Below, piece after piece: positions 24,960 to 35,530 of a stretch of DNA of 64,000 nucleotides. The notes below the pieces were generated by a model. It ran no database searches, was not told the DNA's origin, and saw only the letters and a list, made by a program, of their open reading frames with translations. The stretch lies in the NCBI RefSeq assembly GCF_963921235.1, contig NC_086109.1:16866001-16930000 (forward strand), given 5' to 3'. The stretch is from Mobula hypostoma (lineage: Eukaryota). Position 1 is the first letter of the stretch; every line of letters begins with the position of its first letter. A program made the position numbers and the translations under genes.

Positions 24960-26600
24960 TTTGCTTAAATTAGGGGGGTCAAAAACCAGAGAGCATAGTT
25001 TTAAGGAGAGCGGAGAAAAATTTAAAGGCAAAATGAGGGACAACCTTTTTCACACAGAAGGTGATGGTTATGTAGAACGAGCTGCCAGAGGAAGTGGTGG
25101 AGTTGGATGCAATTACAAACCTGAAAGACATTTAGACAGGTGCTGTATGTGGCTAGGAAAGTCACATTTAAGTTTGGGTTGTTTTCTCTGAAGTGGTGGA
25201 GATGGGCTGGAGATCTGATAGAGGTTTATAAGATTATGAGAGCCTTAGACAGACTAAACAGGAAGTATCTTTTTCCCATGGTAAAAATATATAATACCAG
25301 AGGGCATGCATTTAAGGTTCAAAAGAGATGAAAGGGGCAAGTTTTTTACACAGAGAGTGGTGGGTACCTGGAGTGAGCTGCTTGGGTTGGTGGTAGAGGC
25401 AGATAAGTTAAGGATTTTAAGAGACATTTAGACAGGCATATGAATGTGGGGGATAGATATGGACTTTGTGTAGTCATAGTCATACTTTATTGATCCCGGG
25501 GGAAATTGGTTTTCGTTACAGTTGCACCATAAATAATAAATAGTAATAAAACCATAAATAGTTAAATAGTAACATGTAAATTATGCCAGGGAATAAGTCC
25601 AGGACCAGCCTATTGGCTCAGGGTGTCTGACCCTCCAAGGGAGGAGTTGTAAAGTTTGATGGCCACAGGCAGGAATGACTTCCTATGACGCTCTGTGTTG
25701 CATCTCGGTGGAATGAGTCTCTGGCTGAATGTACTCCTGTGCCCAACCAGTACATTATGTAGTGGATGGGAGACATTGTCCAAGATGGCATGCAACTTGG
25801 ACAGCATCCTCTTTTCAGACACCACCGTCAGAGAGTCCAGTTCCATCCCCACAACATCATTGGCCTTACGAATGAGTTTGTTGATTCTGTTGGTGTCTGC
25901 TACCCTCAGCCTGCTGCCCCAGCACACAACAGCAAACATGATAGCACTGGCCACCACAGACTCGTAGAACATCCTCAGCATCGTCCAGCAGATGTTAAAG
26001 GACCTCAGTCTCCTCAGGAAATAGAGACGGCTCTGACCCTTCTTGTAGACAGCCTCAGTGTTCTTTGACCAGTCCAGTTTATTGTCAATTCGTATCCCCA
26101 GGTATTTGTAATCCTCCACCATGTCCACACTGACCCCCTGGATGGAAACAGGGGTCACCGGTACCTTAGCTCTCCTCAGGTCTACCACCAGCTCCTTAGT
26201 CTTTTTCACATTAAGCTGCAGATAATTCTGCTCACAGCATGCGACAAAGTTTCCTATCGTAGCCTTGTACTCAGCCTCATCTCCCTTGCTGATGCATCCA
26301 ACTATGGCAGAGTCATCCGAAAACTTCTGAAGATGACAAGACTCTGTGCAGTAGTTGAAGTCCGAAGTGTAAATGGTGAAGAGAAAGGGAGACAAGACAG
26401 TCCACTGTGGAGCCCCAGTGCTGCTGATCACTCTGTCGGACACACAGTGTTGCAAGCACACGTACGGTGGTCTGCCAGTCGGGTAATCAAGAAGTAGAAG
26501 GGATTAGTTTAGTTGGGCATTTGATTACTAATTGAATTAGTTTTTCACAATATTATGAGCCGATGGCCTGTCCCTGTACTGTACTGTTCTGTGTTCTATG
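24960..26600 (+). mobile_element. Degenerate CR1 3' fragments (host of the Rex1 insertion)
   Basis: GDLIEVYKIMR..TRGH motifs. The 3' UTR is split at ggactttgtgtag / agtagaagggattagtttag, compared with the uninterrupted copy near 33205-33255. Confidence 0.75.
25471..26492 (-). mobile_element. 5'-truncated Rex1/Babar-clade LINE (RT C-terminus plus DUF1891-like region), nested in a CR1 3' UTR
   Basis: Uninterrupted 283-aa ORF: GAPQWTVLSP, KFSDD, YKYLG, QSRLYFLRRLRSF, CNTERHRKSFLPVAIKLYN. The 3' end carries aataaa and a (tatgac)n tail on the minus strand. Confidence 0.9.
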
Positions 26601-27934
26601 GGATATGAGCCAAGTACAGACAGGTGGGGCTATCTCAGGTAGGCAACTTGATTGACATAGGCGAGCTGAGACAAGGAACCTGTTACCATGCTGCTTAACC
26701 CTACAATTCCATCATTACCATTGCTAATGTAATGGTACAAACACCAAGCAAGATTATCAACTCATTCCTTCCTCAACTGTAACAGATTACACGTTTAATG
26801 TTTAGTTACAATGGCAGAGAGGAGATTTTGGTACAAATCCCTTGCCTTGTTCAGTGACAGAGCTGATAATATATTTTCTCACTTAATCTCACTGGAGGAC
26901 AGACATATCAAATAATCCATTCAACCAGAAAATCTAATTTCAAAATATTGTTCAAAGAAAGAACACACAATATTAATACAGTGCCTTTTGCCTCAAACCC
27001 AGACAGTGACTTCAGGCATTGGAAGCTAGGCTTGAGCTGATGGCTCACTGACAGAGAGTACTACCACTGCACTAACCCATCACCAGTTTATCTGTTTTTC
27101 TACTGCTATTAATAAAATCCTTCAAAAATACAGATGCTTCCAATGGAAAATTGTCTAAGATATAAAATATAGGCATTGAATGCTTTAGTGGCCTGAAGTC
27201 AATACCAAATAGCACCAGGGCTCCGGGAGCTATTTTTATTTAGGGATCTGTCATAAGGATAACAAAATGGCCGTCTGCTCTAAATTATTGAGCTATTTTC
27301 ATGTCAAAGGTCAAGGATCAACTTTATTTGCCATTTACATTTACATGTATTTGGAATTTGCCGTGGTGTGTCAGTGTGACATGTAACAAAAACAATGCAA
27401 ACTTTTATAAAGGATGAAGAATTATATAAAAAAATATTGTTAGACGTGCAGATATGGAATAAAGTGTGCATAAATGCATAAATACCTGCATGTGCTTACA
27501 ATGTAAATAGCCTTACAAACAGTAGTTTAAAGTGTTTACAGTGATCGAGGTAATAAATAGAGGGGGTGGGGACGGGGCTAACTAGAATGGTTGATCAGAT
27601 TAAGTGCCTGGAGGAAGAACCTTTTAGGATAACATGAGGTTTTTGCAACTATTTATCATATATAATCACATACTGTATATTGATATCAAATGTACAGTCG
27701 GTGGCCTGGATAATTATATATTTAAAATGACTGCAGTCTTTCTGTTTCCTCAACAGCTGTGCAACAATTCACCTTGAGCATTTCCCCCCTCCCCTTCCTA
27801 TCCCCCTCTCTCACTAAGTAAAAATGGCATATCTGTCCCATGCTCTGAGTGTATTCCTTTCACTTCACCTGGATTTAACCCATATTATGCCATTGTCAGT
27901 AGTCAGCAGAAGTGCAATTAATAAATAAATGGAT

Positions 27935-28236
27935 ACTCTCATTGGTCACATTATTAGGTACATTTGTACACCTGCTCGTTAATGCAGATATATAATCGGC
28001 CAATCATGTGGGAATAACTCAACGCCTTGTTAATGAGAGAGGTCAAAGGAGAAAGGTCAGACTGGTTCAAGCTGACAAGGAGGTAACAGTAACTCAAGTA
28101 ACCATGTGTTACAGCAGTGGTGTGCAGAACAGCATCTCTGAATGTGCAACATGTCAAGCCTTGAGGTGGGTGGACTTCAGCAACAGAAGACCATGAACAT
28201 TCAGAAATATACCCAGTGACCACTTTATTAGGTACC
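27935..28236 (+). mobile_element. Tc1-like non-autonomous element (second family)
   Basis: cattggtcacattattaggtac...ccaatcatgtgg..gaggtcaaaggagaa...cagtgaccactttattaggtac. Confidence 0.65.
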
Positions 28237-30034
28237 GGGATGAACAGGGTGGAGTTGCCATGCAAAAATCTGTGGCGTTTCCCTTCCTGGTCAGACAGAG
28301 TTAAGGAACGCACTTGGTGCAGAGAAGATGGTTGTTTAATATTCATCAGGCTCACGTTATGTCTTCTTTGGGTGGGATTCATATTCAGTGCAGTTCGCGG
28401 AAAAAAAAATTCTGTTCCTTACTGATAACAACAAGAAATCTTCTCTGAATCGCTGCCATTTTTATTGTTCTCTTTTTTTAAAAACTGTTTCTGAAATAAT
28501 ATAATTCATTGAATATCAGTCAGCTGTGAACATTGTACTAAAAACACCCTGCTGAAATCTAGCTACAAGATTTAGAAACCCTGGGGAATGCTATCGAACT
28601 TGATAATTCCAGTGCATAACACAAGCTGCAGGTAAGCTTGTATTAACTTTATGGGATTTCTCAGCCAGAATACACTATTGTTAAGTGACAATTGCTTGAT
28701 ATTTTTTCAAAAACATTATAATAAAAAGCCCATTTGCTTCTAAACATCCCTATGTTCTAAGGTAGCGCACAGGTTAATGTGTTCTAGTGAAATATCTTTG
28801 TATCTTACTATTAATGCAATTGTCACCCATTTAAAATAATTGAATTAATGGCTGAGTGATAATAGCACTCAAAGGATTTTTAATGGATCATGCTAGAGGA
28901 CTCATTTTCAGAGCCCGAGTGAGATCGGATCTGCTCTGTTTATTTGAAAAGAAGTGTTTGAAAAGCCGAGTCCCTGTTAACATGGCTAAGAGGGGTGACT
29001 ATCAGCCATGTCCTCACCTCTGAATGAGCACCACAAGGTTCAAGTCTTGCTCCTGAGAACCAAGTGTGAAATCCAGGTTGACATTGCTCATATTGAGGGG
29101 ATGCAGCAAAATCCAGAGTCTGTCTCTCAGATAAGATGTTAAATAGATATGCCTCTGCCTTTCAGATGGGCATAAAATCCTAAGCACTAACTTGGGCTTT
29201 ATCTTGGTGTTCTGGCCAATATCTATCCCTCATCCATTCATTGTAAAGGAACGGTGAAGGTTTCAACCTTAGGCCATTTAGAAACTCTGGTATTAGTAAC
29301 AATGCTGTGCAACCTAATGTGTGACTTGGGGTCCTAACCCTTTGGGTTGAGCCTGGAATCTCCAAGCTTTGTCCCATGCTCAATGATTCATGAACACCTT
29401 CGTCCCCTCTGCCATCAGATGACTGCATGATACATATATAATTCCTCTATTTGTTTATATTTGTAATATATAGTGTAATTTATGTCTTTGCACCGGACTG
29501 CTGCCGCAAAACAATAAATTTCACATTACTTAAATCAGTGATTCTGATTCTGAGTTGGAGATAGATCTCCAGGCAGTTTGTGTAATGTAGATGAGGAGAA
29601 AAGGAGAAAGAAAATGTTTTGTGGCATCATTAATTTGAAAATGAATCTTAGAGAGAGGGCTGGTGGGAGTAAAGGCTGATAAAAATCGCTAGGATTCTAT
29701 GGACCCTCTTTGCTAGCCTGTTGACACCAAACTCAGTGACCAATGATATGTTCCAGATGTTGAGGGTCTTTGATGATGGTTGCCACCTTCTTGAGGAACT
29801 ACTTCTTGAAAATGTTTTTGATGGTGGGGAGGCTTGTACCAATGATAGATCTGGCTGAGACTACAACCTTCTGAGCCTGTAGTGATCCTACACATTGGAA
29901 CCTCTATAGCAGGGTCTCCACAATACATCTTTAAAAATTTGTAAGTTTTTAGTGATATGCCAAATTTCCTGAAGCTCCTAATGAAGTAGAGGTGCTGCTG
30001 TGCCTTCTCCACGATCACATTAATGTGTTCTGAA

Positions 30035-30298
30035 TGAGACAAACCGAGTTCTACCTGTCCCTTTAAGCACATGGAAAAATCCCATGACGGAATTCTGCTG
30101 CCACCTTGGAAGATAGCTTCGTGTCAGCCAACATCACCAATATTTAGCTTATTGTGGGAGTTTGCTGTGTGCACACTGACCAAAGATTTTCCTACATTCC
30201 TTGAGTAACTACTCGTCAAAGTGCATGATTGCCTGTAAAATGTCTTGGGACTTGCTCAGGTTGTGAAAGATAATACATCAATCAATGCAGTCTTTCAT
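30035..30298 (+). mobile_element. Ancient Deu-domain-like SINE remnant
   Basis: aaaaatcccatg..tgtgggagtttgctgtgtgcac..ttcctacatt..aaagtgcatgattgcctgtaaaatgtcttggg..gtgaaag..aatgcagtctttc. Similar remnants lie at about 1885-2030 and 29030-29235. Confidence 0.45.
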
Positions 30299-30330
30299 TT
30301 TTTATGGATCTAGTGTTTGTTTTCTTACAG

Positions 30331-30512
30331 TCCAGTGCCCAAAATTAAATGGAAGAAGCTGGATGGACCAATGCCCTCAAAGATTTTGAAATCTGTACAC
30401 AAGCCCATCCTTCACATACCAGATGTACAGTTTGAGGATGAAGGCGTCTATGAATGTGAGGCAGAAAACTCAAAAGGAAAGGACTCAACACAGGGGAGAA
30501 TTATCGTTCATG
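30331..30512 (+). CDS. CNTN2: Contactin-2 coding exon (Ig3 second half), phase 2 to 1
   Basis: ttcttacag|T CCA GTG...CAT G|gtgaga encodes [12 protein letters not shown]...[27 protein letters not shown]. Confidence 0.95.
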
Positions 30513-30593
30513 GTGAGAGGAAATGTATTGTTTAAAAGAGCAGTGCACCGAGATGTGGCAAAGCTGGGCACAAACCAGAATGAGTTCTTAGAG

Positions 30594-30673
30594 CAGGGGG
30601 GCACAGTCTGGGGTCCCGGGACTCCTCGGTTAATGGTAGGAGTACATGGCATAAAAAAGGTTGGGAACCCCTG
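30594..30673. mobile_element. About 80-bp hAT-type MITE
   Basis: tcttagag|CAGGGGG...ggttaatggtagg..catggcataaaaaaggttgggaacccCTG|atttagag. Confidence 0.72.
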
Positions 30674-30948
30674 ATTTAGAGGTAGGAAAATGCAGGCACC
30701 TTCATATCAACCTTCATAGTTCTGAGCAGAGTAGGAGACAGTCACAGAAGATTCAGCTGTCTCTTTGACAAGAAGTGGCCTAGACCTCCCAGATCAATAA
30801 TAAGGAGTTGAACAATTTTTGAGAAGTTCACATTCATTGAATTTTTTATCTGCGACCTTTTTTTTGCCACAGTTCCACTGTTGGTATTGGTTTATTATTG
30901 TCTCATGTACCAAAACAGAGTGGAAAATTTAGTTTTGCATGCCATCCA

Positions 30949-31240
30949 GGGCACCATGGCGGCGTAGCGCTTAGTGCTGGAGGCATCCTGGAGGTTGGAG
31001 TTCAATTCCGGTGCCGTTTGCAACGGATTTGCATGTTCGCCCCCATGAATTGTGTGGATGTCCTCCGAGTGCACTGGTTTGCTCCCACAGTCCAGGGGTG
31101 TGCCAGTTAATAGGTTAATTGGTCACTGTAAATTGTCCTGTGATTAGGTTAGGGTTAAATAGGTGGGTCATCGGACAGTGCAGCATGGTGAGCTGGAAGA
31201 GCCTGTTCCACGCCGTATCTCTAAATAAAATAAATAAATC
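30949..31240 (+). mobile_element. tRNA-derived V-domain SINE
   Basis: gggcaccatggcggcgtagcg..gagttcaattcc..ctcccacagtcc..aaataaaataaataaa. Confidence 0.78.
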
Positions 31241-32436
31241 CATACAGGCTGCTTCAAAGCAAAAATATGTTGAGGAAGTTCGAGTACAAAGCATTAACGG
31301 AATGCAGAATATAGTGCTATAGTACAGAGAAAGTGTAGTGCAGGTAAAGAATAAGATTCAAGATTATTTATTGTCATTCTTCAGTACACAGGTGTAAAAG
31401 AGAGCAAAGTGTTTGTTCACTTTTCAAACTGCAAGGACCATGATAGGGTGGATTGTGAGGCAAAGATTTCACCTGTAACATACAACTGGTCCGTTCAACG
31501 GTGGGACAGAAGCTACCTTGAGTCTGAAGATGCATGTTTTCAAGCTGCCGTTTTACTGACAACGGAAGTAGGGAGAAGAGAGAATGTCCGGGGTGGGAGG
31601 GGTCTTTGATTATGCTGGCTGCTTTTCCAAGGCAGTGATTGGTTTAGAAAGAGTCTATGAAGGGTTGGCCGATTTTCATGATGACCACAACTCTGCAGTT
31701 TCTGGTTTATAGTTTCCTGTGATATATTGTCCCCATTGTGAAAAGGCTACATATCATTCCTGTCGGGTTCTGCATCTTCTGTGCTTTTATGTGTTACTTA
31801 AACTGAATCATCAAACAATTTACAGCATATAACATCAGAATTAAAATTGTGCATTTTGAAAGTGTGCCAAAAGCAGTGGACAACCTGAATGGGTGTAACC
31901 TTTGAAATCCTATTGAAGATGGAACTTTTGAGAAGAATTTCTTTCCCTCAATATGAACATTATGGTTGTGGATCAAGTGCTTATCAGTGGGGTTATTGGC
32001 ACCAAGGAGGATGACAGTAAACTCAGTGATGGTATGATGTGGGGTGGAGTAATGGCAAAATTCCAAAATAAAATTAAGCTTTTGAACTTAGTTCCAAATC
32101 CAACCGTTCACATGAATAAAATGGAAACATTCCACAATGCTGCTAGACCTGTTCAGGGTCCAGTACGTAGCCACTGACTGTGCAGAGATGCCTATTAAAC
32201 CCTCAGTGTGATATAGCCTGCATTGTGCTGACTTTCTTGGTTTATCCTGACTGAATATAATGTGTCCTCCACAAATACTTTGTTACAGCAGCTTCAGAAA
32301 GTAACAGGAAGGTAGAATGCTACGACAAGACTTTGGTCAAACTTGGGTTGCATTCTCTGGAGAGGTGGAGGCTGAGGGGTAGACATCTGAAAGAAGCATA
32401 TAAGATTATGAGTGGCATAGATAGAGTAGAAACTCA

Positions 32437-32985
32437 GAGTTCAAAGTAAATTTTATTATCAGAGAACATACATGTCACCACATACAACCCAGAGATTCGT
32501 TTTCCTGCGATTATACTCAGCAAATCAATAGAATTATAACTTTCACAGGATCAATGGAGAATCAACCAGAAGACAACAAACTATGCAAATGCAAATATAA
32601 ATAAATAGCAATAAAAAGCAAGAACATGAAATAACAAAATTAAGGGTCCTTAAAGTGAGATCAGTGGTAGGGAGGAACATCTCAATGGATGGACAAGTGA
32701 GTGTAGTTATCCCATTTTATTCAGGAGCCTGATGGTTGAAGGGTAGTAACTCTTCTTGAATCTGATGGTGTGAGTCCTGAGCCTCTTGTACCTTCTACCT
32801 GATGGCAGCCGTGAGAAGAGAGCACTACCTGGGTGTTGAGGATATCTGATGATGGATGCTGCTTTCCTACGACAGTGTTTCATGTAGATGTGCTCAATGG
32901 TTGGGAGGGCATTATCTGTAAAGTATTGGGCTGAATTCACTATCTTTTGTAGGATTTCCTGTTCAAAGGCATTGATGTTTCCATA
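32437..32985 (-). mobile_element. Rex1/Babar-like LINE 3' fragment
   Basis: HCRRKAASIIRYPQHPGSALFSRLPSGRRYKRLRTHTIRFKKSYYPSTIRLLN. Confidence 0.78.
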
Positions 32986-33316
32986 CCTGTTTTCCGGATG
33001 GACAGTGTAGTTTCCCCAGGGTTGAATTGTCTAATATCAAAGGCCATGCATTTAAGACAAGAGAGGATAATTTCAAAGGAGATGTGAGGAACAAGTTTTT
33101 TCACACAGAGATTTGCGGGTGCCTGGCATGGTGGTAGAGGCAGATACAATAGGGGCTTTTAAGAGACTTTTATACAGGCGCATGATTGTGAGGGAAGTGG
33201 AAGGATATGGACATTATGTAGGCATAATGGATTAGTTTAGCTGACAACTTGATTACTATGTACTTTATTGGTTTGGCACAATATTATGGGTCAGAGAGCC
33301 TGTTCCTACTGCTCTA

Positions 33317-33723
33317 CAGTACTGTGCAAAATTCTTAGGCACCCCAGATCTTTTATATGGTTTCAGATGATGTGGCCTCCACAGAGCTCTGATCTCAATA
33401 TCATCAAGGCTGTCAGGGATTACCTGGAGAGGCAGAAGCAAGTGAGACAGCCAAAGTCTGCAGGAGAACTGTGGCAAATTCTCCAAGATGCTTGGAACAA
33501 CCCACCAGCCGATTTTCTGATACAACAGTGTCCCTAAAAGAACTGTCGCAATTTTAAAGGCAAAGAGTAGTCACATCAAATATTGATTTAATTTAGTTTT
33601 TAACTGTTTACTGCTCATTATAATTTTTTTGCTGTTTAGAATCTTTTTATTTCATTATTATTGAAACCAGAATCACTTTACAGAATTTTTTTTACGTGTG
33701 TCTTAGGATTTTGCACAGTACTG
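33317..33723 (+). mobile_element. Internally deleted Tc1-like DNA transposon with TIRs and TA TSD
   Basis: ta|CAGTACTGTGCAAAATTCTTAGGCAC ... GTGTCTTAGGATTTTGCACAGTACTG|ta. The internal WPPQSSDLNII segment is the Tc1 WPxxSPDLNxIE catalytic motif. Confidence 0.88.
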
Positions 33724-34594
33724 TATGTTCTAATGGGGTTAAGATTAGCCATGATAGAAAGTGACACAGAATCAATGGGCTGAATGGCCTAATATTGCTC
33801 CTATGTCTTATGGTCTTAAAACAAACATTTTTGGTACTGATATGGTGTAAATGGCAAGGTACGAGTGTGATCATTTATTTGCATGCAGGTCAGTTATATC
33901 TGCTATTAATTATAATAAGGTTCATTTGTGAAGCAGACACCGAGGTATAATGTTCCTGAGTCTGCAGGTTACTCATTCTATTAAACTCAAGAGATTCTGC
34001 GGATTCTGGAAATCCAATATATGTTTGATTCTACAGCTGCTCAAACTTGCTGATTCCAGTCAGGTTTGATTCTGAGGAGACAACAGAGGCCAGAGACCTC
34101 TCTTAAGTAATAGAGAATTTCAAGGATGTCTTACTCAGTCAGGAGCAAGAGTTCACTTGGCCACGAATGTGTCACGTGTCAAAGGAGACTGGTGCTGGGC
34201 TCATTCCTATACATACCATCCCTTCTTGGCTCATCCACCGAGCTTCAGCACGTTTAAAAGGGCAGAAATCCTGCTTCGGGTTTGATTCGAAGAAGGAAGT
34301 CTGAGAGTCGGAGTGGGAGTGCCGAGAAAGACATTTTTGAAATTTTCGTTTTTTTTTCTCCAACGGCGTTCAGAGAGGCGGGACTGCGCAGGCGTGTGAC
34401 GTCGGGCAGTGCAGCGCGGCAGATTTAAAAGGAACAGAGCCTCATAGAGCGGGCAGCGTAGTTTGCGGGCGGCGGAGTGAGCCAGGAGCAGAGTGAAGAC
34501 TTAAGGGCTTCGGCTCAACGGGCTTAGGCGGAAACGGGCGAGGCGAGGAAGGTTTGGCATTCATTTTCTGTTGTTATTTGAGGAGAGGGGCAGT

Positions 34595-35530
34595 ATGAGT
34601 GTGAGGGCAGTTTGCTGTTCTCGGTGTCGGATGTGGGAGGCCCTGGAGTCTCCAAGCCTCCCGGACGTCTACATCTGCCCCAAGTGCATCGAGATGCAGC
34701 TCCTAAGGGACCGCGTTACGGAACTGGAGCTGCAGCTCGATGACCTTCGTCTGGTCAGGGAGAGTGAGGAGTTGATACAGAGGAGTTGCAGGCAGGTGGT
34801 CACACCGGGGCCACGGGAGGCAGACAAGTGGGTCACGGTTAGGAGGGGGAAGGGGAAGAGTCAGGTAATAGAGAGTACCCCGGTGGCTGTGCCCCTTAAC
34901 AATAGGTAGTCCTGTTTGAGTACTGTTGGGGGGGACAGCTTACCCGGGGGAAGCGACAGTGGCCGTGCCTCCGGCACAGAATCTGGCCCTGTAGCTCAGA
35001 AGGATAGGGCAAGGAAGAGGAGGGCAGTTGTGATAGGGGACTCGATAGTAAGGGGGTCAGATAGGCGATTCTGTGGACGCAGTCCAGAGACCCGGATGGT
35101 AGTTTGCCTCCCTGGTGCCAGGGTCCGGGATATTTCTGATCGTGTTCAAGATATCCTGAAGTGGGAGGGTGAGGAGCCAGAGGTCGTGGTACATATAGGT
35201 ACCAATGACATAGGTAGGAAAAGGGATGATGTCCTGAAAGGAGAATATAGGGAGCTAACAAGGGAGTTGAGAAAAAGGACCGCAAAGGTAGTAATCTCGG
35301 GATTACTGCCTGTGCCACGCAACAGTGAGAGTAGGAATGCGATGAGGTGGAGGATAAATGCATGGCTGAGGGATTGGAGCAGGGGGCAGGGATTCAAGTT
35401 TTTGGATCATTGGGACCTATTCTGGCGCAGGTGTGACCTGTACAAAAAGGACGGGTTACACTTGAATCCTAGGGGGACCAATATCCTGGCAGGGAGATTA
35501 GCGAGGGCTACTGAGGTGACTTTAAACTAG
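34595..35530 (+). pseudogene. CR1 ORF1 (CxxC..CxxC Zn finger, leucine-rich coil, SGNH esterase) with one in-frame stop
   Basis: ATG at 34595: MSVRAVCCSRC...CPKC...VTELELQLDDL. TAG at 34907-34909, then the same frame continues GDSIVRG, CLPGARV, HIGTND, DGLHLN and ends ...TLN*. Confidence 0.9.

Noticed and set aside
34100..34260. Target-site duplication for the full-length CR1
   Set aside because: Only a weak gtcagga match between about 34138 and 38676; not convincing.
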